A stretch of DNA of 64,000 nucleotides, taken from the NCBI GenBank assembly GCA_030141605.1, contig JAQGDQ010000012.1, positions 1,072,359 to 1,136,358 on the forward strand, read 5' to 3'. The translations under genes and the position numbers were made by a program. Position 1 is the stretch's first letter. Every line of letters begins with the position of its first letter. This DNA is from Tubiluchus corallicola (lineage: Eukaryota; Animalia; Priapulida). The notes beneath the pieces were generated by a model. That model had not been told where the DNA came from. It did no database searches and saw only the letters and a program-made list of their open reading frames with translations. This document shows positions 12,301 to 24,944 of the stretch, one piece after another.

Positions 12301-15300
12301 AATAAAAGTTATTAGGCAACCCAAATGTCAACCGAAAAACCATTTGAGATACATTTTGCTTTGTGCAGAGATAATTATATTATGTGCAGAGGTTAAACTT
12401 AAACTGTAAAGTTCTGCATTGTTTATTTGTCAGTACAGTACCTTATATACACTAGACCAAAAGTGACTTCAAATGCACAAAAAAAATTTATGGACCGAGT
12501 AATTTGATGATGCTATAAATTTAAATTTTTGGCTTAACTTTATTAAGTTTAAAAAACAACTTTGAAGTAGTAGCTTATAAATTACAGATGTTTACAGTTT
12601 ATTCAAGCTAATATGCTCCCATTTGACTTGTAGTGAGAATAATGGTGACATGTGCAAACCAAGTCTCATCTTTAACTAGCCTTTCTTCAATAATTAACAT
12701 TAGACAAAAAGTACATGTCCTTTGGAGCCAAGGGTGCTAACACAACAACAAAGAAATTGTATCCACTGTATGACATACCTGAATGAAGTTTTGATTGCAA
12801 TGATGCAGGTGTATTATTTCAAAAACTGTCACTGATAAACATTAATTAAGATGAGACAGAGAGAGTAACGTTCTTCCTCACAACAAATACTGAAATGTTA
12901 AACGATTTCCCAGTACGACATGACTTGTTATTGTCTTCTTTTTAGAATTCCGACACGCGAGCAACAGCATGTTAAGTAGGCGACAATAATTAGGTGACAT
13001 CATCAGTTACAAAACGTGTTTTTATATTAAAAGTTCTCCCAAAAACTTTACCTTCAAACCTACTTAATAAAATGATTTTTCATTAATGCTTTTCGAAAGC
13101 GTCAGAACAACCGCTGGTGGTCCATTGTCCACCTGCCTAACTGGTGGTCCTTTGACCACTTTTATAATAATAAAAGTGATATTTTGTCCCTGGTTGTCCT
13201 TTGTCTGGTGGTCCTTTGTCCACAGCCAGATCAGACAGGAGTAACATTTTTATACCTTCCTCGCAATAAGTCACAAACATTGAAGCATTTCCCAATGACG
13301 ACAAATTATTTAGGATTGCCTTCTTTTTAAAATTCAAAAACACGCACACTGTATGTTAATCATGTAATTCACATGCAGTAGCTTGAATAATTATCAAACC
13401 TATGAAAAGCCAGCCACCACAATTATGCGAACACCATCTGTTACAAGATGATATTTTATATTGAAAACTCTCGAAAAAATCTATTCCTAAATCTACTTAA
13501 TAAAAACAACTTTTCATCAATGCTTTGAAGCATCTAATTAGTAATTTATCTATTTGTCTTGTGTACTTACTCTTTTATCAGTTAGGTTAGTGCACAGCTG
13601 AGTGTTTTAACTTTTCTTACAATGCTAGGAATGTAATACCGTTTTAATATATGAAACAAATTTCAAATAAAAATAGAATACTATTATTATTATCAAAAAT
13701 TATCAGTCACTTTATTAAATCATACATTAACGGTAAGTAATTTCACTCTAGCTGCTATCAGTACATTGTCATGAGGTCCTGTGACCACTTTTAGTGTTGA
13801 AGGTGGTTTTTTGACTGGTGGTCCTTTGTCCGTGGTGGTTCTTTGACTGGTGGTCCTTTAATCGCCCACTGTTGTATGATGAATCACGCATGTTAATCTG
13901 CGGAAATATGCGCAAACATGTTGTAACTGGCAGCGAGCCAACACGCTTGCCGTGCCTTTATTGGTTTTAACCAGTTGCTTTATCGCTAGCTACAGCACGT
14001 ATGCGTAGCAGGCAGAATATTGGTTATTGACAAACGCACTCGCGCAGTGGCAAAAACCACCTCAGTACGTGCAAGAAACAGGTCAGCGGATATTCAACAC
14101 AAGCTGTATGCGCTCTGCAACATACGACCCTGATATTCATGCTGTGCGTGAATGATACTGTAGCACGTTAACCCAACAGCAGCTAGTCAAGTCAATAAAG
14201 TTCTTGCTGTAGCAACAGCAAGCTGCAGTGACCCAAATCAAGCATTCCGCACTGACTACCTTTAGAATTAGGAGCAGACGTTATTTTATTAGTTGGCATG
14301 TAGCAATTATAAATATAACAAAACTACCTCACATTTACGTTAATGCTTCAGATCTAATAATTGTTTAATAACAAAAACAACATCCCTCATTCAGAGAATT
14401 CACAAAAGCACTTAGGAAATCATTTGTTGAAGCAAATAAACGATAAAAAGAAGGAAAATGAAATAGTTGAAACAACAAAAGGAGTTGAATCAGACGCCCT
14501 CGGATTACCAAGTAGGCCAACACCATAACCACTGACCTACACAGCCCTTTGCAATTAAGGTTCTCTAAATACACTCCTGATTTAGCTCATTACCAATCCA
14601 ATGGTGCATGGTAAAAATGGAACAAAAAAAATGTCACAAATGAAAAAATAGAAAAAAATTGCACATTTATAAAATACGAGTTTAGCATCAGCTTTACTGT
14701 TTTGGGATAATTATTTTACATATTTTTACCTCTGCCAAGGAAGATATGCTTTAACACTGTTTGTTTGGTGTTTTGTTTTTGCCTGTGATATACATATTAT
14801 GCAAAAACTACTTAACAAATTTCCAAGAAACTGTGGAGGTGAGTAGGGGGCAAGAAAGGTGCATTTGATGCAGATTCTTGGACAGATGGGGTAAAAACAG
14901 GCAAAATTGGCATTTTTGTCCCATTGTTTTTTCACAAAACTTTGCCAAACATCACATGAATTCACGTAAAAAACATTTGTGGAGCATTTCGAGGCGGTCT
15001 CAGACAGTGTTGTAATTCGTTGGAAAGAAGAAGACTTGGTTACAGGGTACTTCTTTATTATCTCCACCAAGACAAATAATTAGGACTTAGTTCCAGGTTC
15101 CATTTCAAGAAATTCTTGCATGGAAAGCTGTGTAACGCTGTCAATAACCTTTGCTTATACATGTATATAGCCTTGTAAGATAACTTAGTATGTAAATACG
15201 ATATATGTCATTCTGTTACCATAGTCAAATGGTTAAAGAAATGTAGACAAACATTATGTGGAATGTTTGTCCATTATTGATTATAATTCTATTCAATGAA

Positions 15301-18300
15301 CAACATATTTTGCATGTCTTTTGCTAGCCTACATAATACCAATACAGGTATATTTTTGTACATTTGTTTTTATTTTGTCTGTTTATCCTTGCTTTGTTTT
15401 TTTAATCAAAAGAATCAGACGGGCATGTTTAGAATTTTTCGACCTTGGCAGAGATCTGCTTTCTGTTGACAGCATTCTAATTTTATCATCTAGGAATTAT
15501 TTGTATCAAGATAACACATGTGACATTTTTTCCTGCTTTTCCATTTGTGCCATCTTTACCTGTGCTGTTTTTACATACATTTCCAATCCAATATTTCTAA
15601 CAGGTAGTTTACTCAGGCTAGAGTAACTGCTAACTAAACTAGCTAGCTCAAATTCTTTGTTTGCAATTGATTTACAGCCACGAATAACAGATGACAGAGA
15701 CTTTTGCATTCGTGCTATCCAAAATAGCAATTATATTTATGAACATAATTTAGGATAATCAATTACTGATGGAATGAATCCACAATTATTAAACTAAAGT
15801 TATGTAACCAAATACAGCAAAAAGAAAGAACTTTTCCCTTTCAGTGAATTTTAAAAGTTTGATAACTGTGTTCATCTCACAAATACTTTGCTATCATGAA
15901 GTTAAGATTGCGTATAATTAACAATTCTAGGAATGAATGTGTACAGGTATTTGTATACAGATGTCGACTATGCAATAAAATGTGAATGAATAAATGCTCC
16001 GAACACAAAAACCACTTAAACATTTTGTTCTATATGTTTTTTTTGTTTCTATGTATTTAAACTGCTTATCTAGTTTAGTAAACAACCAATGGTCCCAAAA
16101 ACAGACAAAATGGAATATGGTTGGCCAAGAACATAACATGTGTACAAATCTACAAAGTATCAAAAATTGTGGAAATTTTCAAGCAAGATTTTAACCAGTC
16201 ATCCTGGTGCGTGTTCCATTGATTTGCCAAGAGCTGTCAGTATATTATGTACAAAGGACCATGAGCAATTCAGTTTTTACTGAATGTCAGCAGAAAGTAG
16301 ACTACATCTAATTCATCAGTGAGCAGCAATTAGTGCTGCATATCAAATGCCATTTGAAATTCATTTACATAAAAACGAACAACCAAATAAACATAGTGAG
16401 TTGACCTTTTATGCATTCTTGGTATGACCTCCATTGGAGAATTCCATTGGCGATAAACAAGCGATAGTATTTGAAACATATTACTGGACCAGCCTAAGAA
16501 AATTATTAATATACAACGTTGGAGAATAATTTACCAAACGAACCTTGCTTGATCTTGATTGGCAGCTCAATGTCATAAGCTTTAGAGCATGATAAAGTTC
16601 GAGACCTTGAATCACTTCCAATAGCATCAGACGATGAATTAGATATTTCTGAATTCAACGAAGCAGAAAAGTTTGGAACTTTTTTACCAGCTGAAAGTAT
16701 CTTTTCGTGATTGACTTGCAAAGATACATGCCTCTGAAACATCAAGCGCAAACTTGAGCTTAAAAAAGATGAACAACCTGAACCACAACAGTAATGATTT
16801 ATGTTACTTAAAGAAAGCAAACTTCAAAAAATTGGAAATAACAATAGCACATAATCTGGCATTGATTTAGTCTACACAAGACTCACTCTTTTAGGTTTGG
16901 ACATGAGTGCCGTGGCCAGAGCTATTTGTAGCTTAGCCTCCCGCTGCTGTCGTTCGACCAGTGCAGCCATCTCTGTATTCAGCTTAGCAGCAATTTCTTT
17001 CCAGTAAGTCACCTGTGATATAGCAACAGATGATACACTAAACATCAACTGCAAATCGACTAGACTAATAAAATTCATTTAATTTCACATATGGCTAAAT
17101 GCCTATGAAGTCAATAGTATTCAAAATTAGAATGTAAGCACAAGATAATCATACGAATGATGCTTAAACCCAAACATTTTGGATCACCGTGTAACAAAAT
17201 TTATGGAAAAAAAATCATAATTTATGCTGTTACACAGTTAAACTAACAATCACACTAACACTGTGCTGCCTGCGAATATTTACCTGGCTATATAGTTTCT
17301 CGATAGTAGCTTGCATTTTTTGAGCTTCTCGCTCCAACACCTTGAGTGCTCGATCAGCAACAATGCCTTTCAGGACCTAAATAATGGTTGACTAGTCACT
17401 ATTTTGCTTGTTGCAAATCTCTAGTAATTAAATAGGTAGCATTGATTTGAAAAATCAGCTGAGAAAAGCTGTATAGATTTCTTTTATTTTAAGAAACACA
17501 ATTTTATTTTGCAATTGAAATTGATTCCAAATTCCGAAAAGTATAAGAAAATGAATGGAATGCCTAATTATCGTCTCAGTATCACACGCCTTTGAAAAGA
17601 CTTTTTATGTAAAGTAGCACTTATAAAAATTTTAAGCACTACCTTAAACCATACTCTTGATTACAAGTAGCAAAAGACACTGATTAACAACAATAATATT
17701 TTTGCAAAAGACATGCTAATATGGCAGACTCAACAACAACCACTAATAATTATTTTAGTCAGTTCCTAACCAGCCCCAAATAGACAGGCAGACTATTTCT
17801 AAACAACGCCTTGAAGAAAAACACATTTCTGGTCAGTTGCTGCTAGGCAAGTATGAAGGATCACTAATAAATTGGAAACATGCCATAGCTATACGACATC
17901 CAAAAGGTTGTAACGTATAAAAAGTATAAGGAGTATAAAATAATTGATCCTGAAGCAATGTGAAATTATCTAACTTATTAAACGGTTATAATTTATAATG
18001 CACAATTAAATGATATCATTTAGATAATTCTATTCTGCCAATATACATACATCTTTTGTCATCTTTGATAGCTTGTCACCTCTAGTCACTTGATGATCAT
18101 CATTCTTTGAGCCTGCTCAACAAGAGAAACCTAGTTAACAGATTTTTCAGCACACTAATGATGGCAATTTAATATTTAACGCATTAATGATGTCTTTAAC
18201 AGCAGAAACCTGTTGCGCACAGAATGGAACACCTAGTATTTCTTAATTATTTTTTTGTTAAAAATTGTAATTACATTATATTGAAAACAGCCCATCAAAC

Positions 18301-18997
18301 AGAAAACTACTTACTGATATTGTGGCTTTTACTTAAGATATGTAAACTTTCTCTGTAAACAGAGTAAGCAACTCCATTACACCTTAAAAAATTACGCAGA
18401 ATGAAATAGGACGGTATAATATGGCTTTTCAATTTTGTGACTTCCTGCTAATAAAATAAGAAAAATGCCATGTACATAGGGGTGATCATACAGTCCACCA
18501 AATATTGCTGTGACACCTATCCTAAGCAGTACACTGCATATACACTTGCATTAACAATCAGTAAGTATTGAATTTGGTGTATTATAGTATCTATTCTCCT
18601 CCAATATTGCACACTTCGCTGACCTAATATAAAAAGTCAGACAATGGTTTCAGGATCTAATTCACATTTTACATACTCTATCATACAATTAATTTACTTT
18701 ACCTAATAAAATATATTGGTTAGTAATTAAAAAACTCAATTAACCTTTTGCTGTACATGAACAAAGCCTCTTTGGTGGACAAGCATAATCAGCATCAATG
18801 GAATTTGCCTCAACATCAGCAGACGTGCGCTTTTTCCCGCTAACGTTGGTCTTGTGACAAATGCTGGATGCCGAGTCACTCAATATGCCATTGTTGTGTA
18901 CATGATTAGATAATTCACCACCGTTCATTGCTTTCTTTGGCAAATCGTCATCTGAGTCAGACAGTATAATCTCTGAGCCAGATTCTCCTGGTGTCAT
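3338..18997 (-). CDS. ATF7IP: ATF7IP/MCAF1/windei-like SETDB1 cofactor, 11 coding exons, ~1109 aa
   Basis: Phase-compatible GT-AG exons: 18997-18745, 18112-18051, 17376-17284, 17012-16887, 16733-16544, 11470-11390, 11148-9226, 7471-7394, 5749-5622, 4539-4422, 3615-3338 (3330 nt). The C-terminal FN3 domain HPAPLP...KLSISKVANGLVLTWD...[37 protein letters not shown] is diagnostic. There is an N-terminal coiled coil (RALKVLEREAQKMQATIEKL...WKEIAAKL) and a SIM-like VVDLTCDED. The donor at 16544 could alternatively be 16535. Confidence 0.9.
5990..6480. mobile_element. Unclassified interspersed repeat, homologous to 47115-48100
   Basis: Collinear shared blocks with the 47-kb copy: gatcta..tcaaa(t/c)gaaa, tgggggtttatttttcgaat, acttatacct, ccc(a/g)ttcaacggtgg, catatttaga, ttcccggac, tagaaaaac, agaaaaagga, gtccac. 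Boundaries are approximate. Confidence 0.6.
6860..7160. repeat. Degenerate (GGTGT)n pentanucleotide simple repeat in an ATF7IP intron
   Basis: About 300 bp of GT-rich 5-bp periodic sequence; it explains the His/Thr- and Val/Trp-rich ORFs there. Confidence 0.85.
7900..8900 (-). mobile_element. Highly decayed CR1/L2-group LINE 3' fragment
   Basis: The peptide QMELCLADIKSWM resembles the post-RT region of L2/CR1 ORF2; the rest is degenerate and boundaries are approximate. Confidence 0.35.
12044..12140. repeat. (CT)n-rich microsatellite
   Basis: Direct reading of the sequence. Confidence 0.85.
12180..13870. mobile_element. Non-autonomous foldback-type DNA element with inverted ~15-bp terminal subrepeats
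   Basis: Left block 12180-12290 has aaagga/accac units. Blocks 13110-13225 and 13775-13865 carry the reverse-complement ggtggtcctttg(t/a)c units. Boundaries are approximate. Confidence 0.5.
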
Positions 18998-21922
18998 AAT
19001 TTTCGCACAGTGATCGTCTCCAAAACAATGAACTTAACCATTCCAGTAAGTTACTGGAAAATTTACTTAAAATTTTGCAGTCTCGTAATCACTTCTATCG
19101 CTAACTAACATTAATATGCTGTTATTAGCGGTATCCGTTAGGCCTATTCATGCAGCCTTAAATTATACACGCAGAACTTGAACAACTGGTGATGCCATCA
19201 CGTAGACATTATATTATTCCACTATTCGGGAAAAAAAAACATTTAAAACGTGCTACTAATCACGATATCGTTAAACTAACACTGTTGCATCGTTTCGAAT
19301 GTAATAAAAATTAATGGTGTCACAAATCACAAAAATCTGGTTACTAAGTAAGTCAACGTCAACTCAACAGCCGCTCTTTAGAAAGAGCTACAACCACTTA
19401 GCAAGATAAGAACTCTTTTAACAATAGCTCCAGCTGTTTTACAGTTGCTTTCACACGACGCCTTTACCAAAGTATAGCGAACCCATCACTTAAACACCTA
19501 CTGAAAGTGACGTAGCTAAAAATGTCGGAAATCATACCCTGAACGAAGGAGATCTAAGTTCAGTAAACCCGAGCACATTTAATTTTAGTAAAAGTCATTG
19601 CTTGGATTAATGGGAGTCAATATAGAGATGTAAGAACAACAGCATTACACTATACACTTTTTTGACTCGCTCCTTCATGAGTTATGACGTGGATATACGA
19701 GAGCCCGATAGACATATAGTGAATTGTCTATGAATTGCCTGAATTGCCTTCGAATCATTATACTTGCCTTTATATAATGTCACTTAGTTATTTATTTATT
19801 CATTCATCTATTTGTTTTAAAACATAAAACATTTGTAATTTAATTGTTTTTGAACAAAGAAAATCTACAAATTTATTGTGCACTTACAGAAATTTTGATC
19901 AATAATAAAACTAAGCAGAGCACTGTTTAATAGATAAGATAAGATGTATAATAGATAAGATAAGTACTACATAATAAATACGGATACGTGTGTGTTATTT
20001 AAAGAATATCTTACTAACAGTGAAAACTGAAAAGGCAGAGACAGGTAAAACACTTCGGCAAAATTTTAAACAAAAAAGCGCCAATACTGAATGAAAGAAT
20101 GTTTTGTAATTGATAACTTGTACATGTTGTAAATGGTAACTTGCACAAATCTGGATAAATTAAACGAAGCAAATGTTAGAATTAACCATGCCCTGAAAGT
20201 GAGAATGTATAATTGGGGATTGACTTTGAGACATGGAAATCGAATACAGCATTACAAGACTAAGTTAGGCTTGCAATCAGAGATAAGTGCCTTCCAGATG
20301 GGAAAGAGGCCAATGTAAACCTGTTGAAAGGAACCAAGAAACCCGGTAAGCAGAGATGGTGATAATCCTTGCTTAATTATTAAAACCTGATAATGAATTT
20401 TGCACCAAGAAAATAAAGCAGCTACTGGATAATAATGCACTTTAGGTTAGAAATTATGCTGAGAAGATGGGGAGGAGGTCCTATAGTAAAGTTACTAGCC
20501 TGGTATTACAGAGCTAATATAAGTAATAAATTAGATTAGTTTAGTTATTTTTCTCCATCAGTTTACATTTACAATAGACTAGGGTGGATAATTACTGGCA
20601 GAATTAAACTAAGTATTGATAACAAATCATGAAAGAAACTATTATAGCGTCTGGATCAAGTGAGCAAATCTTCATACTACGCAGCAGTATTGAATAGTCA
20701 CATGAATTGCAATCGTCTGTATACATTTATCAACTTTGCGAAAACTTTTCATTTTGCATGTAAAAGAATACTGTTAAATTAGTGTACCTAACTTAATATT
20801 TTTTATTAGATTTTTAATGATTCACTATCCTCCTAACTCTTACCTCTCAATTGAAGTGTGCAAATTATGTATGAAATATATTTGTTACACTAAATTTAAC
20901 GGTATGCAGTAATATGTGTTATAAGCATTAAAATAAGTCAGTTATTGACTGTATGCTTTCTGGTTTTCCGTTTTTGGTATTAATGTTGTTTATAAAATGA
21001 GCAAAGCAGAAGAAGACATTAGACATTTAAATTAGTATTTTGTTAAAATATGACCAACTTAATTCAAAAATGCCCAATGCATCACAAAAATGGTGAGCAA
21101 TAGAAAACTGTGCATGACAAAAAGATCCAGTCACAACAAAAATTAACTTTACTGCAGTATTTAAACTAATGTTATAATAATTATCATTATCAATAAGAAT
21201 AATAACAGTGATAACAGGTAAGAGGCATGCTCATATGCACTGTGCATGACAAAAAGTTCTTACGCAGGTCTAACCTTGAAATTTACAAATTTACAAGTGT
21301 TAAATGAATGAATCTTATAGACTTGGTGACAGGCACGTAGCCAGGGGGAGCAGTGGGAGCCCCAGGCTCCCCATTTCATTGAATTTAAAAAAATTATGCA
21401 CATTTTATATCATTCCTAACTGACACAAACAATTTGCATACAGTGAGAGCAAATGTGGCCTGCTTTGTAAAATATGTGTTAAGTCAAGTTGAAATCATTA
21501 CTCCTACAAGAAGCGTCATCTACCAATTTGATACCCAGTAGATCGATTGCATGATCAACTCTCTATCCAATGATGTGCCACACAGCCACCACTATCACAG
21601 GGCTGTCATGCTACGCTCGTATTTCTGAACCCTGTCGGTACCATACATATACTTATATAGCAGGTATCGACGGTGTTTCCTTTAAACGCTCTCTGTATGG
21701 AAGCCATACAGAGACGTTCCATAATATCATTGGATTTGCAATGAAACTTAAAATCTGATGCACTGCGTCAAAGTCGGAGTCGAGTTTTGTTTAACCACAA
21801 TACACAATCATTAAACACATGCCTTTCACTTTGTATTGCACTATTTCTATTATCAACTGGCAAAATGACGAAGGATGCACTGGCAGAGTGTACTATTTAA
21901 ATACTTATTGTGCTATCTAACA

Positions 21923-23687
21923 CATTGGCGTACGGGGCAAGGCGGGGGGGGGGGGGTGCGGCCAGGGGGCAGACTGCCATCCCCAAAAAAATTTTCAGGC
22001 TTCAAAAAATTAAGGCAAAATTGGTGCTCAAATTCGGGCAGAACTGCCCTTTATATTTTCAGAAAATAGTTTTTCAACTTCGAAATTGATATTTTTTTCA
22101 CAGTTCAATTGTCATTGCCTTATTTTTTCCTGGAATTCGAATCTTGAGAGAGTAATATTTATGCCATGCACCTGGATGCCCGAATCTTGATCTCACAGGA
22201 GGCGTTGTCTGCGCCGGCTCCCGGTCCCGGACCGGCAGTGAGAGTGGTCTGGAAACAATTAGCATTTGCAAAATAGAAAATATACTAGTCGCTGGGTTCT
22301 CTGCAGGCCTCCGATATTTATGCCATGCACCTGGATGCCCGAATCTTGATCTCACAGGAGGCGTTGTCTGCGCCAGCTCCCGGTCCCGGACCGGCAGTGA
22401 GAGTGGTCTGGAAACAATTAGCATTTGCAAAATAGAAAATATACTAGTCGCTGGGTTCTCTGCAGGCCTCCGATTGTTTATAAAACTCTTATCGCTTCCT
22501 GTCTTTCATGCGCACACATTGACTGTTCACCAGCGATTATCAAATACAAATTCCCCATTATTTCATATTATATACAAAATAACGACTTTGTGCTTCAAAT
22601 TTCTGGTCCTTTATCTATTTAGGATCTGGACTCACTGCCTGTATTGTGTGCGCTCTTTGATTTTCCGGATTTTCTATCATTTGCTTGGTGCTGAAGGAGA
22701 ACTGAAACATTTAAGGAGTCTCAATTATTTCAGAAACATCATAGATCTTTGTGAAAAGGGGCATAAGAATCAAAATGTTGCCTTTCTCACTTATCGTTCA
22801 TGGTGTTAGTTTTCAGTTTTGCTTCATCAAGTCAGTTTGTCAAATTGCTTGGTTCAACAGTTCTGTTTTCGACTTTGATGTGCAGATAGGGATCTTTTGT
22901 CGGAGGATTCTTTCTTCTGGATTAGTTTTAGATTCGTTGATTGTTGGTTTTTCAGAAGTTCTGCATTTGTCATGGCGCCCAATTCTAAGCGTAAAAGATC
23001 ATGTCACGCTCGTGTTACTTGTCAGAAGTGCAAGAAAGAGATTGATTCTGACTACAAAAACGAACATGTTAGGCAAGCGCATCCCGGCGAAGTGTGCAAT
23101 TCATCCCTGTTGTGGAGGTCAGTCAGCGCCGACTCACTTTCGGCCGCCCAGTCTCAAGTGTCTGTGCATAGCTGCATGTTTAGTTCTTGCATCTTGTGTG
23201 GTGATTACTGATTTGACAGATTGCGTAATCGATTCGTATATCAGCATGAAATATGGATAACTCCTCTTTACTAGTCCATTGTTCAGTTATTCAATGCTCA
23301 CTGGAAGTAAATTGTTCTGTTCTGGAAGTTATCGCCGCACTTCTGGTTCTTAGGACACTGTTTTTACAATAATCAATGACAATCTTTGAAACCTAATGGT
23401 CCAGGTGCTTGTGCATAATCAAGCAAGCACAGCTTATCAAGATATCTGGCCATATAGGTCATATCATGTGTTGTGCATCACATTTCAATATGGTTAATAA
23501 AGAATGTTGATCAGTTTCATGAGTTCAGTCTTATGTCATTAGAAATGGCGATTTTTGGATTCGCTATCTGGAACTTAGTAAGGCTGTACTTGTTGAAACG
23601 GGAGCCTAAAAAATTGGGTGAAATTCTAAGAATTTGGGCAAAGAATCCTCTGCCTCCCCCAAAATTCAGGGACCCCGTATGCCTATG
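21923..23687 (+). mobile_element. Internally deleted hAT-type transposon nested inside the outer element
   Basis: TIRs CATTGGCGTACGGGG / CCCCGTATGCCTATG and a perfect 8-bp TSD ATCTAACA (21915-21922, 23688-23695). A remnant peptide MAPNSKRKRS..CQKCKKEIDSDYKNEHVRQAH (CxxC...HxxxxH) starts at 22972. Confidence 0.8.
22155..22474. repeat. Tandem duplication, 2 x 159 bp
   Basis: Copies start at 22155 and 22314; I see one mismatch (gccggct vs gccagct). Confidence 0.9.
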
Positions 23688-24944
23688 ATCTAACATGGTA
23701 CTTATTGCCATTTTGTAAGTAAATGAAACACTTGCAATTTTGGTGCAGTATGTCTGATACTACGTTTTATAGCCAATCGAATGCATTGTACACCCCTGAA
23801 TGACTTACAGCTTCATTTACACAGTGTTTGAAGGAAGCAATATCGGTTTTTGGTATTCACCCATATCTTTGTTTTGACGATGCTGATGTGAATGTATTAG
23901 TGCTCCCCTCTTATAAATTCCTAGTTACGTGCCTGCTTGGACCTTGGTGATAGCTAAAAGTGTTACTTTTAGGTTGTGCTTCATTGGAGGTGGTAGTGGT
24001 GGTGGAAGCAGTGGTATTGGTCTTGGTGGCGGTGGCATCGTTAGTGATAGTGCTGGTGGTGCTTGCGTTTAACTGTTGTTATTGGTGATGGTGGTGATGG
24101 TTGTGTAGTGTAGTGTAGTGATGATGACGCTGGCAGCTAACTAGCGATGTTGCTGGATGATAATAATGTTACCAGTGACGAAGCTATGATAACCATGACA
24201 GTTATGAAACTAATCATTCTTAATTAGTTTTTAGAATAATTTTTCCTAGTCACTGCAGTCATTATTGATACGTTATTGCTACATTCACTACAGGCATACA
24301 GTAAGCAGTAAATCATTGTTATACCAGCAATTCGCTTTAAAGAAATGACAGGAACTAAATTTTAAAGTGTGAAAGGTGAATGTGGCAACTACAACTGAAA
24401 GAGCAGGGTTTGACATCATTTGTATGAAAACATCAGCCTCATTAAGAATTTCATATCACTATGTGCTGATTAATTGTGTGTAGCTAACTGGTACGGGACT
24501 AATGAATTAGAGTTCCATGATTATAGTAACGATTAATTATAAAGACAGTAAAATACATAAGGCAGGATTAAACGTGTCGTGGAAAGTCAGAAAACCTAAA
24601 TACCTATGTAGTAGTCTGTAAGGGTTTGCCATATTGCTGCATTACCGCATGTAAAAACTTAAAGCGGAAAGTTTCGTTAAAAGTGCTTAAAATTTAGAAA
24701 AGTAACTTGTCAGGAATTCATTTCAAAAGTTTATTTATATCTGATACAATTTTCATAAGACAATTACAACAAACTGTGTAATGGGGTAGCGAAAGACCAG
24801 GAGGTTATCAATCCATGATAACTGATGGTGATTCAATATATTTTACTATTGATCCTCTGCTTTTCCGAGCGCACTGTAATGTTAATAATAATTTTTTATA
24901 ATAATAATTTATTTATTTACCTTCAGAATAACAATCGTAGATAG

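Larger units (their letters stand above)
21330..23935. mobile_element. Non-autonomous hAT-type element (outer element of a nest)
   Basis: TIRs CAGGCACGTAGCCAGG / CCTAGTTACGTGCCTG. The 8-mer cttggtga lies at 21322-21329 and again at 23943-23950, after a short partial repeat. Confidence 0.7.

Noticed and set aside
16340-16360. ATATCAAATGCCATTTGAAAT palindrome resembling the array core
   Set aside because: Only ~10 matching bases in AT-rich DNA; compatible with chance.
22098-22430. 110-aa ORF with an internal repeat
   Set aside because: A by-product of the 159-bp (multiple of three) tandem duplication in the hAT element.
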